The notes under the pieces were generated by a model, which was not told the origin of the DNA, did not search any database, and saw nothing but the letters and a program-made list of their open reading frames with translations. Of a DNA stretch of 64,000 bases, positions 6,110 through 15,919 are shown piece after piece; within the stretch, counting starts at the first letter, position 1, and the number at the start of each line of letters is the position of its first letter. This stretch comes from SAR202 cluster bacterium (GTDB taxonomy: Bacteria; Chloroflexota; Dehalococcoidia; Lucifugimonadales; VGZR01): positions 80,475 through 144,474 of the forward strand of contig VGZR01000001.1 of assembly GCA_016872515.1 (NCBI GenBank), in the 5' to 3' direction. The translations under genes were made by a program, and so were the position numbers.

Positions 6110-8338
6110 CTACGTTGATGCTGCTTGTTTGGGGGCCGGCTTGCCGGGATGAAGGTCCGGGGCTGCGCGCGAGACGCTGATGACTCCCTTGACCCCTTCC
6201 AGTTTCGAGAACAGCCGGTTCAGCTGCTGGATGCTGTTGATATAGACCGTGAGGGTAATGAAGCTCTTGTCCTCCACCTCCTCGGTCACGCACGTAGCTA
6301 TGTTAACACGTTCCTCCGTCACGAGTGACGTCACATCCCTGAGCAGGCCCAGGCGGTCGTACGCCTCGACCTTGATGCCGGCGGGATAGACGGTCTGCGA
6401 CTTACCCCAGTCCACCTGAATCATCCGCTCCTCGCCCTGCTCGGCGGAGATGTTGCGGCAGTCCGCGCGGTGGACGGTGACGCCGCTGCTGCGGGTGATG
6501 TAACCGGTGATCTTGTCGCCCTGGATGGGGTTGCAGCAGCGCGCCAGCCGCGTCAGCATGTCGCCGACGCCCAGCACCTCGATGCCCGCCGAGGGGAGGC
6601 TCTTGTGGCCGGTGGCGACGGCGGGCGGCTGGGGCTTCGTCTCCTGCTGCGCCTGTGGAAATAGCTTGTTCACCAGGTGGGTGATGGTCAGCTCGCCGTT
6701 CCCCAGGAGGATGTAGAGGTCGTCCACCGTTTCCAGCTTCATCAGCTTGGCTATCTGAAGCTCGTCCAGGCCGGTGCCGAGCCGCCGTATCTGCTTGGAG
6801 AACATCTCCTTGCCGCGCTGCAGGTTCGCCGCACGCTCCTGCTTGGCGAACCACTGGCGTATCTTCGTGCGCGCCGAGCCGGTCCGCACGTAGCCGAGGT
6901 TGGGGTTCATCCAGTCCATGCTCGGCCCGCGCACCGTCTTGCTGGTCAATATCTCCACGGTGTCGCCGTTCTGCAGCTCGTAGTGGAGGGGCACCAATTT
7001 GCCGTTGACCTTGGCGCCGATGCACCGGTGGCCCACGTCGGTGTGGACGCGGTAGGCGAAGTCCAGCGGCGTCGCGCCCACGGGCAGCTCCTTCAGCTCG
7101 CCCTTGGGCGTATAGACGAACACCTGGTTCTGGAAAACATCTGTCTTGAACGACTCGACGAAGTCGTTCGGCTTGGTGATGTCGGGCTGCCACTCCAGTA
7201 TCTGGCGCAGCGACTTCATCTTCTCCTCGAATGGCCGGTCGGCGGTGCGGCCTTCTTTGTAGAGCCAGTGTGCGGCGACGCCGTACTCGGCCAGGTGGTG
7301 CATCTCGTGGGTGCGTATCTGTATCTCCACAGGCGAGGCGCCCTCGCACAGCACCGTCGTGTGGAGCGACTGGTACATATTGTCCTTTGGGTTGGCGATG
7401 TAGTCGTCGAACTGGCCGGGGATGGGGCGCCACAGGCTGTGGACGACTCCCAGCGCGGCATAGCAGTCCTCCACCTTCTGGACGAAGACCCGCAGGGCGA
7501 ACAGGTCATAGATCTCGGTGGCCTCGCGGTTGACCTCCGCGTACTTCTTGGCCTTCTTGTAGATGCTGTACAGGTGCTTGGGGCGGCCGGTCACCTCGGC
7601 CTTGACGCCCGCCTTCTCCAGCGACGCCTCCAGCGTGCGCTTGACCCGCTCGACGTACCCCTCGCGCTCCATGCGCTTGGCGCCGATGAGGTGCGAGATC
7701 TCCTTGTACTCGTCGGGGTGCAGGTGCTGGAAGGCCAGGTCCTCCAGCCGCCACTTGATCTCCCAGATGCCCAGCCGATGGGCCAGGGGTGCGTAGATGT
7801 CCAGCGTCTCCTGGGCGATGGCCAGGCGGCGCTCCTCGGGCAGCGCCTTGAGCGTGCGCATGTTGTGGAGCCGGTCCGCCAGCTTGATGAGCACGACGCG
7901 GATGTCTTCGGCCATGGACATGAGCATCTTGCGGATGCTGTCGGCCCGGGCCTCCTCGTCGGCGGAGCCGCCTTCCACCTCTAGCGAATGCTCCTCGGTG
8001 AGCAACTCCGTCTTCGTCAGCTTGGTGACGCCGTCCACGAGCCGCGCGACCTCGTCGCCGAACCCCTTCGACAGCTCCTCGAAGCTGATGCCGCAGTCCT
8101 CCATCACATCGTGGAGCAGCGCGGCGGCAAGCGCGTTGGGGTCGAGCTTCAGGTCGGCCAGGAACAGCGCCGTCTGCAGCGGGTGCTCGATGAACGGCTC
8201 GCCCGACCGGCGCTTCTGGCCCGCATGGGCCTTCGCCGCGAACTCGTAGGCTTGGGACACGATGCCCAGCCGGTCCTCGGGGATGTACTTGCGGGCCGCG
8301 GCCAGCAGTTCGTCGACGCTGTGCAGTTCGGTGGTCAC
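6110..8338 (-). CDS. rel: Bifunctional (p)ppGpp synthetase/hydrolase (RelA/SpoT homologue)
   Basis: 742 aa. HD hydrolase domain (AALLHDVMEDCG), synthetase domain (MYQSLHTTVL, EIQIRT), TGS region (VFVYTPKGE) and a C-terminal ACT-like domain. Confidence 0.95.
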   Translation of the reverse strand: MTTELHSVDELLAAARKYIPEDRLGIVSQAYEFAAKAHAGQKRRSGEPFIEHPLQTALFLADLKLDPNALAAALLHDVMEDCGISFEELSKGFGDEVARLVDGVTKLTKTELLTEEHSLEVEGGSADEEARADSIRKMLMSMAEDIRVVLIKLADRLHNMRTLKALPEERRLAIAQETLDIYAPLAHRLGIWEIKWRLEDLAFQHLHPDEYKEISHLIGAKRMEREGYVERVKRTLEASLEKAGVKAEVTGRPKHLYSIYKKAKKYAEVNREATEIYDLFALRVFVQKVEDCYAALGVVHSLWRPIPGQFDDYIANPKDNMYQSLHTTVLCEGASPVEIQIRTHEMHHLAEYGVAAHWLYKEGRTADRPFEEKMKSLRQILEWQPDITKPNDFVESFKTDVFQNQVFVYTPKGELKELPVGATPLDFAYRVHTDVGHRCIGAKVNGKLVPLHYELQNGDTVEILTSKTVRGPSMDWMNPNLGYVRTGSARTKIRQWFAKQERAANLQRGKEMFSKQIRRLGTGLDELQIAKLMKLETVDDLYILLGNGELTITHLVNKLFPQAQQETKPQPPAVATGHKSLPSAGIEVLGVGDMLTRLARCCNPIQGDKITGYITRSSGVTVHRADCRNISAEQGEERMIQVDWGKSQTVYPAGIKVEAYDRLGLLRDVTSLVTEERVNIATCVTEEVEDKSFITLTVYINSIQQLNRLFSKLEGVKGVISVSRAAPDLHPGKPAPKQAAST

Positions 8339-8475
8339 TCTGCTCTAAGTATAACCGCCGCCCTTCCCTGCGGCCAAGCGAGGCAGCAGCACGACTCCCC
8401 CTACCTGGGATAGGGTGAGGCCGGTTCTGGACGGTGTGATATCCTTCACTATCAGGTTTTCGGACGCACAACACC

Positions 8476-9732
8476 ATGCAGTTCCAGGCCCCCAGAGGCA
8501 CCGCCGACATCCTCCCCGCCGACCAGAAGGTCTGGCGCTACGTGATTTCCACAGCCCAGGACGTCGCCGCACGCTTCGGCTACGAGCGCATAGACACGCC
8601 GCTGTTCGAGGATGCGCGCCTGTTCGTCCGGGGCATCGGCGAGGTCACCGACATCGTCGAGAAGGAGACCTATACCTTCGAGGACCGTGGCGGCGACTCG
8701 CTTACCCTTCGCCCCGAGGGCACCGCGCCCGTCTGCCGCGCCTACCTTGAGCACGGGATGCACAACCTGCCCCAGCCCGTGCGCCTCTACTACGTCTGCC
8801 CCGTCTTCCGCTACGAGCGCCCCCAGTCGGGCCGCTACCGCCAGCACCATCAGTTCGGCGTCGAGGCCATCGGCGACCCCAGCGCCGCCGTGGACGCCGA
8901 GGTCATCGAGCTCGGCTGGCGGCTCCTGGAGGAGCTAGGGCTGCGCGGCCTCGCTCTTCACATCAACAGCATCGGCGACCCCCAGTGCAGGCCGCCGTAC
9001 ATCCGCAAGCTCCAGGACTACTACCGCCAGCACGTCAGTGTGCTCTGCGAGGACTGCAAGCGGCGGTTGGAGAAGAACCCCCTGCGCTTGCTGGACTGCA
9101 AGCAGCCGCAGTGCCAGCCGGTCATCGCGGGCGCTCCGCGCGGGGTGGACGAGCTCTGCGGCCCGTGCCAGGCCCACTGGGACGACCTGCGGGCCATCCT
9201 CCAGGCCGTCGCCTTGCCTCATGAGGTCAACCCTCGTCTGGTCCGTGGCTTCGACTACTACACCCGCACCGTCTTCGAAATCGTCCCGCCGGTCGAGGGC
9301 AGCCAGAGCACCATCCTCGGCGGGGGCCGTTACGATGGCCTCATCGAGCAGCTCGGCGGCAAACCCACGCCCGGCCTTGGCTTCGGCATGGGCATCGAGC
9401 GCGTTATCGGCAACCTGGCCCGTCAAGAGATGAAGGTGCCGGAGAGCGCAGGGATTAAGGTCGCCATCCTCCACCTGGGCGACGCCGCCCGCATGGAGGC
9501 GGTCAAGCTCTCCTCTAACCTACGGCGCTCCGACGTCACGGCCATCATTGCCCCCACCGAGCGCGGCTTGAAGGGACAGCTGCGCTACGCCTCCGCCATC
9601 GGCGCGACCCACGCCGTCATCATCGGCGACGACGAGCTGCGCTCCGGCGCGGTCCAACTCCGCGACTTGGCCGCCAGCCAGCAGCGCGCAGTGCCGAAGC
9701 AAGAGTTGGTTGACCTCTTGCGGCGAGGCTAA
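8476..9732 (+). CDS. hisS: Histidine--tRNA ligase
   Basis: 418 aa. MQFQAPRGTADILP, FRYERPQSGRYRQHHQ, VRGFDYYTRTVFE and GGGRYDGL are class II HisRS motifs. Confidence 0.95.
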   Translation: MQFQAPRGTADILPADQKVWRYVISTAQDVAARFGYERIDTPLFEDARLFVRGIGEVTDIVEKETYTFEDRGGDSLTLRPEGTAPVCRAYLEHGMHNLPQPVRLYYVCPVFRYERPQSGRYRQHHQFGVEAIGDPSAAVDAEVIELGWRLLEELGLRGLALHINSIGDPQCRPPYIRKLQDYYRQHVSVLCEDCKRRLEKNPLRLLDCKQPQCQPVIAGAPRGVDELCGPCQAHWDDLRAILQAVALPHEVNPRLVRGFDYYTRTVFEIVPPVEGSQSTILGGGRYDGLIEQLGGKPTPGLGFGMGIERVIGNLARQEMKVPESAGIKVAILHLGDAARMEAVKLSSNLRRSDVTAIIAPTERGLKGQLRYASAIGATHAVIIGDDELRSGAVQLRDLAASQQRAVPKQELVDLLRRG

Positions 9733-9763
9733 CTGACCGGATAGGGGAGGGTGGCGAGCGGCG

Positions 9764-9790
9764 GAGACCCTTCTGGTTCGGAAGGTTCTC
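9764..9790. terminator. Possible shared hairpin between convergent hisS and the SnoaL-like gene
   Basis: GAGACCCTTC-N7-GAAGGTTCTC forms 10 bp with one mismatch. There is no clear U-tract. Confidence 0.35.
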
Positions 9791-9819
9791 TAGGACTTCT
9801 TCTTTGGCGCAGCCCCGAA

Positions 9820-10314
9820 CTATTGCTTCGCGGTGGTCGCCGCCTGTTGCGCCGTAGCGCCTGCCTGCTGGGCCGTGGTCGCTGTCTGTTGGGGTGCAGC
9901 GCCTATCTGTTGGAGCATCGTCATCAGGTCGAAGTAGTGGTTCGTGTGCTTCAGCTTTCCACCCTCGACCGTGGTCACCTGGACGGCGCGCATCTGGACC
10001 TTCTTGCCTGTGGCGGGTATGGTGCCTGCCGGGCTGGGGAGGGCGCCCTTATGCGTCCCCTCCCAGAAGATCTCGGCGGTCACTGTGTTGCCGCTGGCCG
10101 TTATCCTTTGGATGGTCCCCTTGGCGTCGGGGAAGGCCTGCCGCCACTCCATCGCCAACTGTATTGTGGCGTCCCTGCCCTGGATCCTCCGCTGCGTCGC
10201 CATCTCCTCGTACACTGCGTTCTCTGCGGTGGTAGCTGCCATCTTCTGTGCATCGCCCGCGTTAAATGCCGCGATATTGGCCTGTACCGTCTTGATCGCA
10301 TCCTGTTCAGCCAT
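9820..10314 (-). CDS. SnoaL-like / NTF2-fold protein (predicted ester cyclase family) with a Q/A/T-rich tail
   Basis: 164 aa. IAAFNAGD...AVYEEMATQRRIQGRDA...HYFD pattern is typical of SnoaL-like proteins. The C-terminal ~30 aa is low complexity (TAQQAGATAQQAATTAKQ). Confidence 0.65.
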   Translation of the reverse strand: MAEQDAIKTVQANIAAFNAGDAQKMAATTAENAVYEEMATQRRIQGRDATIQLAMEWRQAFPDAKGTIQRITASGNTVTAEIFWEGTHKGALPSPAGTIPATGKKVQMRAVQVTTVEGGKLKHTNHYFDLMTMLQQIGAAPQQTATTAQQAGATAQQAATTAKQ

Positions 10315-10505
10315 ACGACTCCTCCTTGTGAACCAACGGCCGGCCGCTCGCTACCCTGGCCGCTTCGTACTCGCGGCCCACGGCGAAGTCGACGACGGCC
10401 TACGCGTGGACGGAACGCAGCTTCGTGGCCTGATATACTGAGCATAGTCCCCCATCGCACCGCGATGGGCCGCGCAGTCCTTCCATTCCACAGAGAGAGT
10501 GCACC

Positions 10506-11576
10506 TTGCTCGACCACATCTCAGTCATCCTCAACCGCTACGAAGAGTTGGAGCGCCTCATGGCCCAGCCGGAGGTCGCGTCCGACTACTCGCGCGCCCA
10601 GGCCATCATCCGGGAGCACGGCGCGATGCGGCCCCTCGCGGCCCTCGCCACCGAGTACCGCAAGGTGGCCAGAGAGCTGGAGGACGCCCGCGCTATCGTC
10701 CGCGACGAGTCCGACCAGGACCTGGCTGCGATGGCCAGGGAGGAGGCACGCCGCCTCGAGGAGCGCAGGGCCGCGCTCGAACTGGAGCTGAAGCTGGCGC
10801 TGGTACCCAAAGACCCCAACGACAGCAAGAACGTCATCGTGGAAGTCCGCGCGGGCACCGGAGGCGAGGAGGCCGGGCTGTTCGCCTCCGAGCTGTTCCG
10901 CATGTACATCCGCTACGCCCAGCGGCGGGGCTGGAAGAACGAGGTCATCAGCACCAACGAGAGCGGCATCGGCGCCATCAAGGAGGCCGTCTTCCAGATC
11001 AAAGGCGATGGCGCGTACAGCCGCCTCAAGCACGAGAGCGGCGTCCACCGCGTCCAGCGCGTCCCCGTCACCGAGTCCAGCGGCCGCATCCACACCTCCG
11101 CGGCCACCGTCGCCGTCCTCCCCGAGGCTGAAGAGGTGGACGTTGCCATCCGCCCCGAGGACCTGGAGATAGATATCTACCACGCCAGCGGCCACGGCGG
11201 CCAGAACGTCCAGAAGGTCGCCACTGCCGTCCGCATCACCCACAAGCCCACCGGTATCATCGCCACCTGCCAGGACGAGCGCTCCCAGTTCAAGAACAAA
11301 GAGAAGGCGATGGCCGTCCTCCGCTCGCGCATCCTCGCCCGTGAGATCGAGCGGCAGCAGACGGAGATATCCGAGGCCCGCCGCGCCCAGGTCGGCACCG
11401 GCGACCGCTCCGAGCGCATCCGCACCTACAACTTCCCCCAGAACCGCGTCACCGACCACAGGGCGGACATCTCCCACTTCAACCTCCCGGCGGTGTTGGA
11501 CGGCGACCTCGACCAGTTCATCGAGGCGCTGATGGCCAAGGAGCAGACGATGCGCCAGAAGGAAGCGGGATTGTGA
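10506..11576 (+). CDS. prfA: Peptide chain release factor 1
   Basis: 356 aa with TTG start. Has the PVT tripeptide (RVQRVPVTES) and the GGQ motif (SGHGGQNVQKV). Confidence 0.95.
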   Translation: MLDHISVILNRYEELERLMAQPEVASDYSRAQAIIREHGAMRPLAALATEYRKVARELEDARAIVRDESDQDLAAMAREEARRLEERRAALELELKLALVPKDPNDSKNVIVEVRAGTGGEEAGLFASELFRMYIRYAQRRGWKNEVISTNESGIGAIKEAVFQIKGDGAYSRLKHESGVHRVQRVPVTESSGRIHTSAATVAVLPEAEEVDVAIRPEDLEIDIYHASGHGGQNVQKVATAVRITHKPTGIIATCQDERSQFKNKEKAMAVLRSRILAREIERQQTEISEARRAQVGTGDRSERIRTYNFPQNRVTDHRADISHFNLPAVLDGDLDQFIEALMAKEQTMRQKEAGL

Positions 11577-12535
11577 AGCTCGCCGAGTCCTGGACGGCGG
11601 CGCGCGACCGCCTGACGCGGCACGGTATCGCCGACGCCTCTCTGGAAGCCGAGGTGCTGCACCGCCATGTTCTCAGCGTGGATAGGGGAGGTTTCTTCGC
11701 CACGCTCCAAGACCAGGTGGAGCCGTCCGTCTCGCAAGCTGTGGCTGCTCTGGCCGAGCGCCGTCTTTCTGGCGAGCCGCTGGCCTACATCCTGGGCCGC
11801 CGCGAGTTCTACGGCCTCGACTTCACAGTGAACCCCGGCGTCCTCGTGCCGCGCCAGGAGACCGAACTGCTCGTTGACCTGACCCTGAAAGCCACCGCCG
11901 GTATGGACATGGAGCGACCCCGCATCGCCGACGTGGGCACCGGCAGCGGCGCCATCGCCGTCGCTTTGGCCAAGCGCCTGCCAGCAGCCACCATCTATGC
12001 CACCGACATCAGCCATGAGGCGCTGGCGACCGCCGCGGCGAACTGCTGCGCCCACGGCGTCGCCGATAGGGTGCGGCTGCTCCACGGCGGCCTGCTGGCG
12101 CCGCTGCCGGGGAGCGTGGACATCATCGTCTCCAACCCGCCCTACATCGCCACGGGCCTGCTCGGCTCGCTGCCGCCTGAGGTCAAGCGTGAGCCGCGGC
12201 TGGCCCTCGAAGGCGGTCCCGACGGCCTCGATGTCATCCGCCGCCTGCTGGCCCAGGTGCCAAGCTACCTCAGACCGGGCGGCAGCCTCATCGTGGAGCT
12301 GTCGCCTGAGCAGAAGGGCACTGTCGCTGAGCTGGCGCGGCAGGCCATGCCCGATGCCGACATTGCCTTCTCCCACGACCTGCTCGGCCTCGTGCGGGCT
12401 GTTTCCGTCTCGTCACTGACCTCTACACAGGCCGTCCGGCGCGCGCAAGCTCTTGTGCGCCGGTACGTACCCGAAGGACGGAGCCTCACTGACGAGCTGA
12501 TTGCGGAACGGCGGGAAGAGGCGAGGCGTGAGTGA
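11573..12535 (+). CDS. prmC: Release-factor glutamine N5-methyltransferase PrmC/HemK
   Basis: GTG start overlaps the prfA stop (GTGA). Has SAM motif DVGTGSGAIAV and catalytic NPPY (IIVSNPPYI). About 40 aa of extra charged C-terminal tail. Confidence 0.9.
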   Translation: MKLAESWTAARDRLTRHGIADASLEAEVLHRHVLSVDRGGFFATLQDQVEPSVSQAVAALAERRLSGEPLAYILGRREFYGLDFTVNPGVLVPRQETELLVDLTLKATAGMDMERPRIADVGTGSGAIAVALAKRLPAATIYATDISHEALATAAANCCAHGVADRVRLLHGGLLAPLPGSVDIIVSNPPYIATGLLGSLPPEVKREPRLALEGGPDGLDVIRRLLAQVPSYLRPGGSLIVELSPEQKGTVAELARQAMPDADIAFSHDLLGLVRAVSVSSLTSTQAVRRAQALVRRYVPEGRSLTDELIAERREEARRE

Positions 12536-12562
12536 GGTTGGATCGGCGGTTCCGCTGACCCA

Positions 12563-12928
12563 CTACCCCTTTGCGTAGCCCGTTATCCCTGTCCAGTCCA
12601 CGACCACCACCGGCTCATCGCCGACCACCCACGCATCGTGGCCCGCCGGGACGAACGCCACCTCACTGGGGCCGATGTCCAGGTCGCTGCCGTCGGCCAT
12701 GACGATGTGCAGGCGGCCCGAGATGTGGTACCCGAAGTGCGGGTTCTTGCACCGCTCCGTCCCCGCCAGCGGCTTCACGTGCTGCGACCAGCGCCACCCC
12801 GGCTGGAGCGTGAACCGCACGACCTTACCCCCGGCGACGTTGACTGCCTCCACCTTGCGGTTTTGCGACGTCTGTGTCTCATCGGGCTTGTTGAGGCTCC
12901 TCGATTCAAGGCGCGTCATGGGGGTCAT
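12563..12928 (-). CDS. Cupin-domain protein
   Basis: 121 aa. Beta-rich core HFGYHISGRLHIVMADGSDLDIGPSEVAFVPAGHDAWVVGDEP resembles the cupin_2 fold. Confidence 0.7.
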   Translation of the reverse strand: MTPMTRLESRSLNKPDETQTSQNRKVEAVNVAGGKVVRFTLQPGWRWSQHVKPLAGTERCKNPHFGYHISGRLHIVMADGSDLDIGPSEVAFVPAGHDAWVVGDEPVVVVDWTGITGYAKG

Positions 12929-13031
12929 CCTCCTAGCTGGCCCAGCTAGCGTCCGGCACTGCTTTGGTGATACTTTACGCCCCTAGGTCCTCCAGGGAAA
13001 GCGTGGCGGCAGACCGTGGCTGGAGGTTGGC

Positions 13032-13946
13032 ATGGTGAAAGAGTACGAGTTCCGGCAAGTGGATGTCTTCACGACGACACCCAACGCCGGCAACCCGCTG
13101 GCCGTGGTAATGGATGCCCAGGGCCTGTCCACGGGGGAGATGCAGGCCATTGCGGTCGAGATGAACCTGTCGGAGACGAGCTTCGTGTTGCCGCCCGAAA
13201 GGCCTGGGGCCGACTACCGGATGCGTATCTTCACCCCCAAGCTGGAGCTTCCCTTCGCGGGCCATCCCAGCGTTGGCACGGCCTACATCCTGTTCGAGGA
13301 AGGCCGGTTCGGCAAAGCTGCGGGCCCCATCACCGTCCGCCAGCAGGTGGCCATCGGTGTCCTGCCCATCGAGATCCGGTCGTCGCCCGGCGGGCCGCCG
13401 TTGGTGATGATGACGCAGGGCAAGCCGGAGTTCTGGCCGCGTTTCGAAGACCTAGGCCGCTTGGCCGCTGCGCTGGGGCTGAGGACGGACGACATCCGAC
13501 GCTCCGGCCTGACGCCCCAGGTCGCGTCCACTGGCCTGAAGCAGATGGTGGTGCCCGTCGCATCGCTGGAAGCTGTGACGGCCATGAAACCGGACATGCG
13601 TGTCCTAGCCGAGTTGGAGACCGCGCTGGACGTCACGGGGCTCGAGGTCTTCTGTCTACAGACACGCTCCGGCGTCACAGCCCATGTTCGCTTCTTCGGC
13701 CCCGCGTCCGGTGTGGCCGAGGATCCGGCCACGGGCAGTGCCGCGGGAGGGCTTGGGGCTTACCTCGTGAAGCATGAGGCTGTGGACGTATCACGCAGCC
13801 CCGTGCATATCACCATCGAGCAGGGCGAAGAGTTGAAGCGTCCGAGCCGCATCGAGGTCGAGGTGGACCACCAGAAGGGCGAACCGAGGGCCGTCCGCGA
13901 CGGCGGGACCTGCGTGACCGTCTTCAAAGGCAAGCTGCCGTCGTAG
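13032..13946 (+). CDS. PhzF-family isomerase
   Basis: 304 aa. FRQVDVFT...GNPLAVV...MQAIAVEMNLSETSFV...FAGHPSVGTA and C-terminal DPATGSAAG are typical PhzF family motifs. Confidence 0.85.
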   Translation: MVKEYEFRQVDVFTTTPNAGNPLAVVMDAQGLSTGEMQAIAVEMNLSETSFVLPPERPGADYRMRIFTPKLELPFAGHPSVGTAYILFEEGRFGKAAGPITVRQQVAIGVLPIEIRSSPGGPPLVMMTQGKPEFWPRFEDLGRLAAALGLRTDDIRRSGLTPQVASTGLKQMVVPVASLEAVTAMKPDMRVLAELETALDVTGLEVFCLQTRSGVTAHVRFFGPASGVAEDPATGSAAGGLGAYLVKHEAVDVSRSPVHITIEQGEELKRPSRIEVEVDHQKGEPRAVRDGGTCVTVFKGKLPS

Positions 13947-14099
13947 AGTCGTGTCCTTGTCTTTTTGATTGAAAACGTCACCGTTTCTGAACTAGTACGG
14001 TATTTGGACATCGAAGAGTGATTACTGTACCATCCGCGCCACGCCGGGGGGAAGGGGCAGGTCCCTTCCCTAACGTAAGTCTTTGTAGGAGGCAAGGCT

Positions 14100-15794
14100 A
14101 TGAGAGGTGTAGGGTTGGTAGTGGTTACCGCCGCCTTGGTGGTACTCCTCGTCGCGGCCTGCGGTGGGAAAGAGGTCATCGTCACGAAGGAAGTCGTTGA
14201 ACAAGTGACGGTTGTGAAAGAAGTGACGGTCGAGAAGGAATTGTTGGCGACGGTGGTAGTGGAGCAGACGAAGATCGCCATCGCGACGCCGACGCCTCCT
14301 CCGGCGGGCCAGGCGAGGTTCGGCGGCACGCTGCGCATTGTCTCCCAGGCGAGCATCCCCACGCTCGACCCCATCATCGGAGGTGCATACGTCACAGGCG
14401 CCGTCTCGTCTCACATCTACGAGACCCCCTTCGGCTGGGACGCCAAGTTCACAGACCAGCCTCGGATGGTGGACTCCTGGAGTGTGAGTGATGACGGCCT
14501 GGCCTGGACGTTCACCCTCCGGACGGGACTGACATTCCACGACGGCAGCCTGGTCACGGCGGATGATGTGGGCACCACCTTCACGCGATGGCTGGAGAGC
14601 TGGTATTCGATAGCGGGGTTGATGCGGGACTTCACGGCGGAGGACCCGTTCACCGTGGTGAACGAGAACACCTTCAGCATCAAGCTGAAACAGCCCACCG
14701 GGGCGCTGGTCATGGCCCTGGCCAAGCCGTACGGCAGCCCGCACATCATGCCCAGCAGAATTGATGGAGGCAAATCTTCGGCCGAGCCGGTCGAGGAATG
14801 GGTAGGCTCCGGCCCCTACAAGTTCGTACGGTGGGACCAAGGCGATAAGGTCGTGCTTGAACGCTTCGATGGGTATGTGTCGCGCGCCGAGCCATCCAGC
14901 CTCTACACCGGCAGAGTGTACGCCTACCTCGACGAGTTGGTCTGGCTGGAGATATCCGATGAGGAGACCAAGATAGCCGGACTGGAGACCGGGGAGTGGG
15001 ATGTGGTGGACGGGGCCGGTCTGGACATGTACAACCGCCTGAGGGACAACCCCGGCCTGGCGGTCCCGCTCTACAAGCCGGGACACAGAAGCAATCTATT
15101 CCTCATACCCGGCCAGCCGCCGTTCAACGACGTCAACGCTCGCCTTGCGATGCAGACGGGCATGGACGTGGCCGCCGTCATGGCTTCCCTGGGCCCGCGC
15201 GATCTATGGACCCTGTGCCCGGCCATCTATTATTGCGGGACCCGCTGGGAAACGGAAGCTGGGGCTGACGGGTATTACAACGCGAACGACAAGGACAGGG
15301 CGCGGCAACTTCTGAGCCAGTCGGGGTATGCCGGAGAGACTATGATTCTCTTGAATCCTACGGACTACTCCACCATCACGCCTACGGGCTTCGTCGTCAG
15401 GCAAGAGATGGAGGACATGGGCTTCACCGTGGAGATGCCGGCGCTGGACTGGGCGACCGTCGTCACCAAGTTCGGCAACCCAGACAGCTTCAACGTCGCC
15501 ACCAGTTGGGATGTCCACTGGAACAGCACCAGCCCCCTGGAACATGAGACGCTGGCAGACTTGCCGCTGTTCTTTTTCGTAGAGAGGCTGCAGGCGCTGC
15601 GCAAGCAGTTCGCCCAGGCCACCACCGAGGAGGAGAAGCTCCGGCTCGTGGACGAGATCCAGGCCGAGTTCTATAAGAACGTCCCCGCGTTGTACCTAGG
15701 AATCTTCTACAGCATCTACCCCGCCACGGCGGCCCTGAAGGACTTCGAGGTGAAGGCCTTCCCCTTCTATGCCAATAGCTGGCTAGAAAGATAG
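14100..15794 (+). CDS. ABC transporter substrate-binding lipoprotein, family 5 (peptide/nickel type)
   Basis: 564 aa. Signal peptide with lipobox LVAAC-GG. SBP_bac_5-like body (TLRIVSQASIPTLDP, GSGPYKFVRWDQGDKVVLERFDGY). No permease or ATPase genes are adjacent. Confidence 0.85.
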   Translation: MRGVGLVVVTAALVVLLVAACGGKEVIVTKEVVEQVTVVKEVTVEKELLATVVVEQTKIAIATPTPPPAGQARFGGTLRIVSQASIPTLDPIIGGAYVTGAVSSHIYETPFGWDAKFTDQPRMVDSWSVSDDGLAWTFTLRTGLTFHDGSLVTADDVGTTFTRWLESWYSIAGLMRDFTAEDPFTVVNENTFSIKLKQPTGALVMALAKPYGSPHIMPSRIDGGKSSAEPVEEWVGSGPYKFVRWDQGDKVVLERFDGYVSRAEPSSLYTGRVYAYLDELVWLEISDEETKIAGLETGEWDVVDGAGLDMYNRLRDNPGLAVPLYKPGHRSNLFLIPGQPPFNDVNARLAMQTGMDVAAVMASLGPRDLWTLCPAIYYCGTRWETEAGADGYYNANDKDRARQLLSQSGYAGETMILLNPTDYSTITPTGFVVRQEMEDMGFTVEMPALDWATVVTKFGNPDSFNVATSWDVHWNSTSPLEHETLADLPLFFFVERLQALRKQFAQATTEEEKLRLVDEIQAEFYKNVPALYLGIFYSIYPATAALKDFEVKAFPFYANSWLER

Positions 15795-15811
15795 CGAAGG
15801 CGTCGCTGTTG

Positions 15812-15849
15812 CCGTTGTGCCCGACCAGCGAATGGGTCGGGCACAACGG
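15812..15849. terminator. Bidirectional hairpin between convergent SBP and GuaB3-like genes
   Basis: Perfect 15-bp stem CCGTTGTGCCCGACC / GGTCGGGCACAACGG with an 8-nt loop. No U-tract. Confidence 0.55.
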
Positions 15850-15919
15850 AGTGGGCGGCGGATGGACGGCCCGATACTACTGTCCGTGCTTCGATGAGTT
15901 CAGCACGAGCGGAGTTCGC

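Noticed and set aside
8339-8475. T-box leader or His-attenuator upstream of hisS.
   Set aside because: Only 137 nt are available, shared with the divergent rel gene. I found no T-box consensus, specifier/antiterminator architecture or His-codon run.
9820-9910. Q/A/T-rich repetitive 3' end of the SnoaL-like gene as a DNA repeat element.
   Set aside because: It is in frame and only loosely periodic (TAQQA-like). It is best explained as a low-complexity protein tail.
14100-15794. Orphan family-5 substrate-binding protein as part of a novel transport system.
   Set aside because: Orphan SBP genes remote from their permeases are common, and nothing else transport-related is adjacent.
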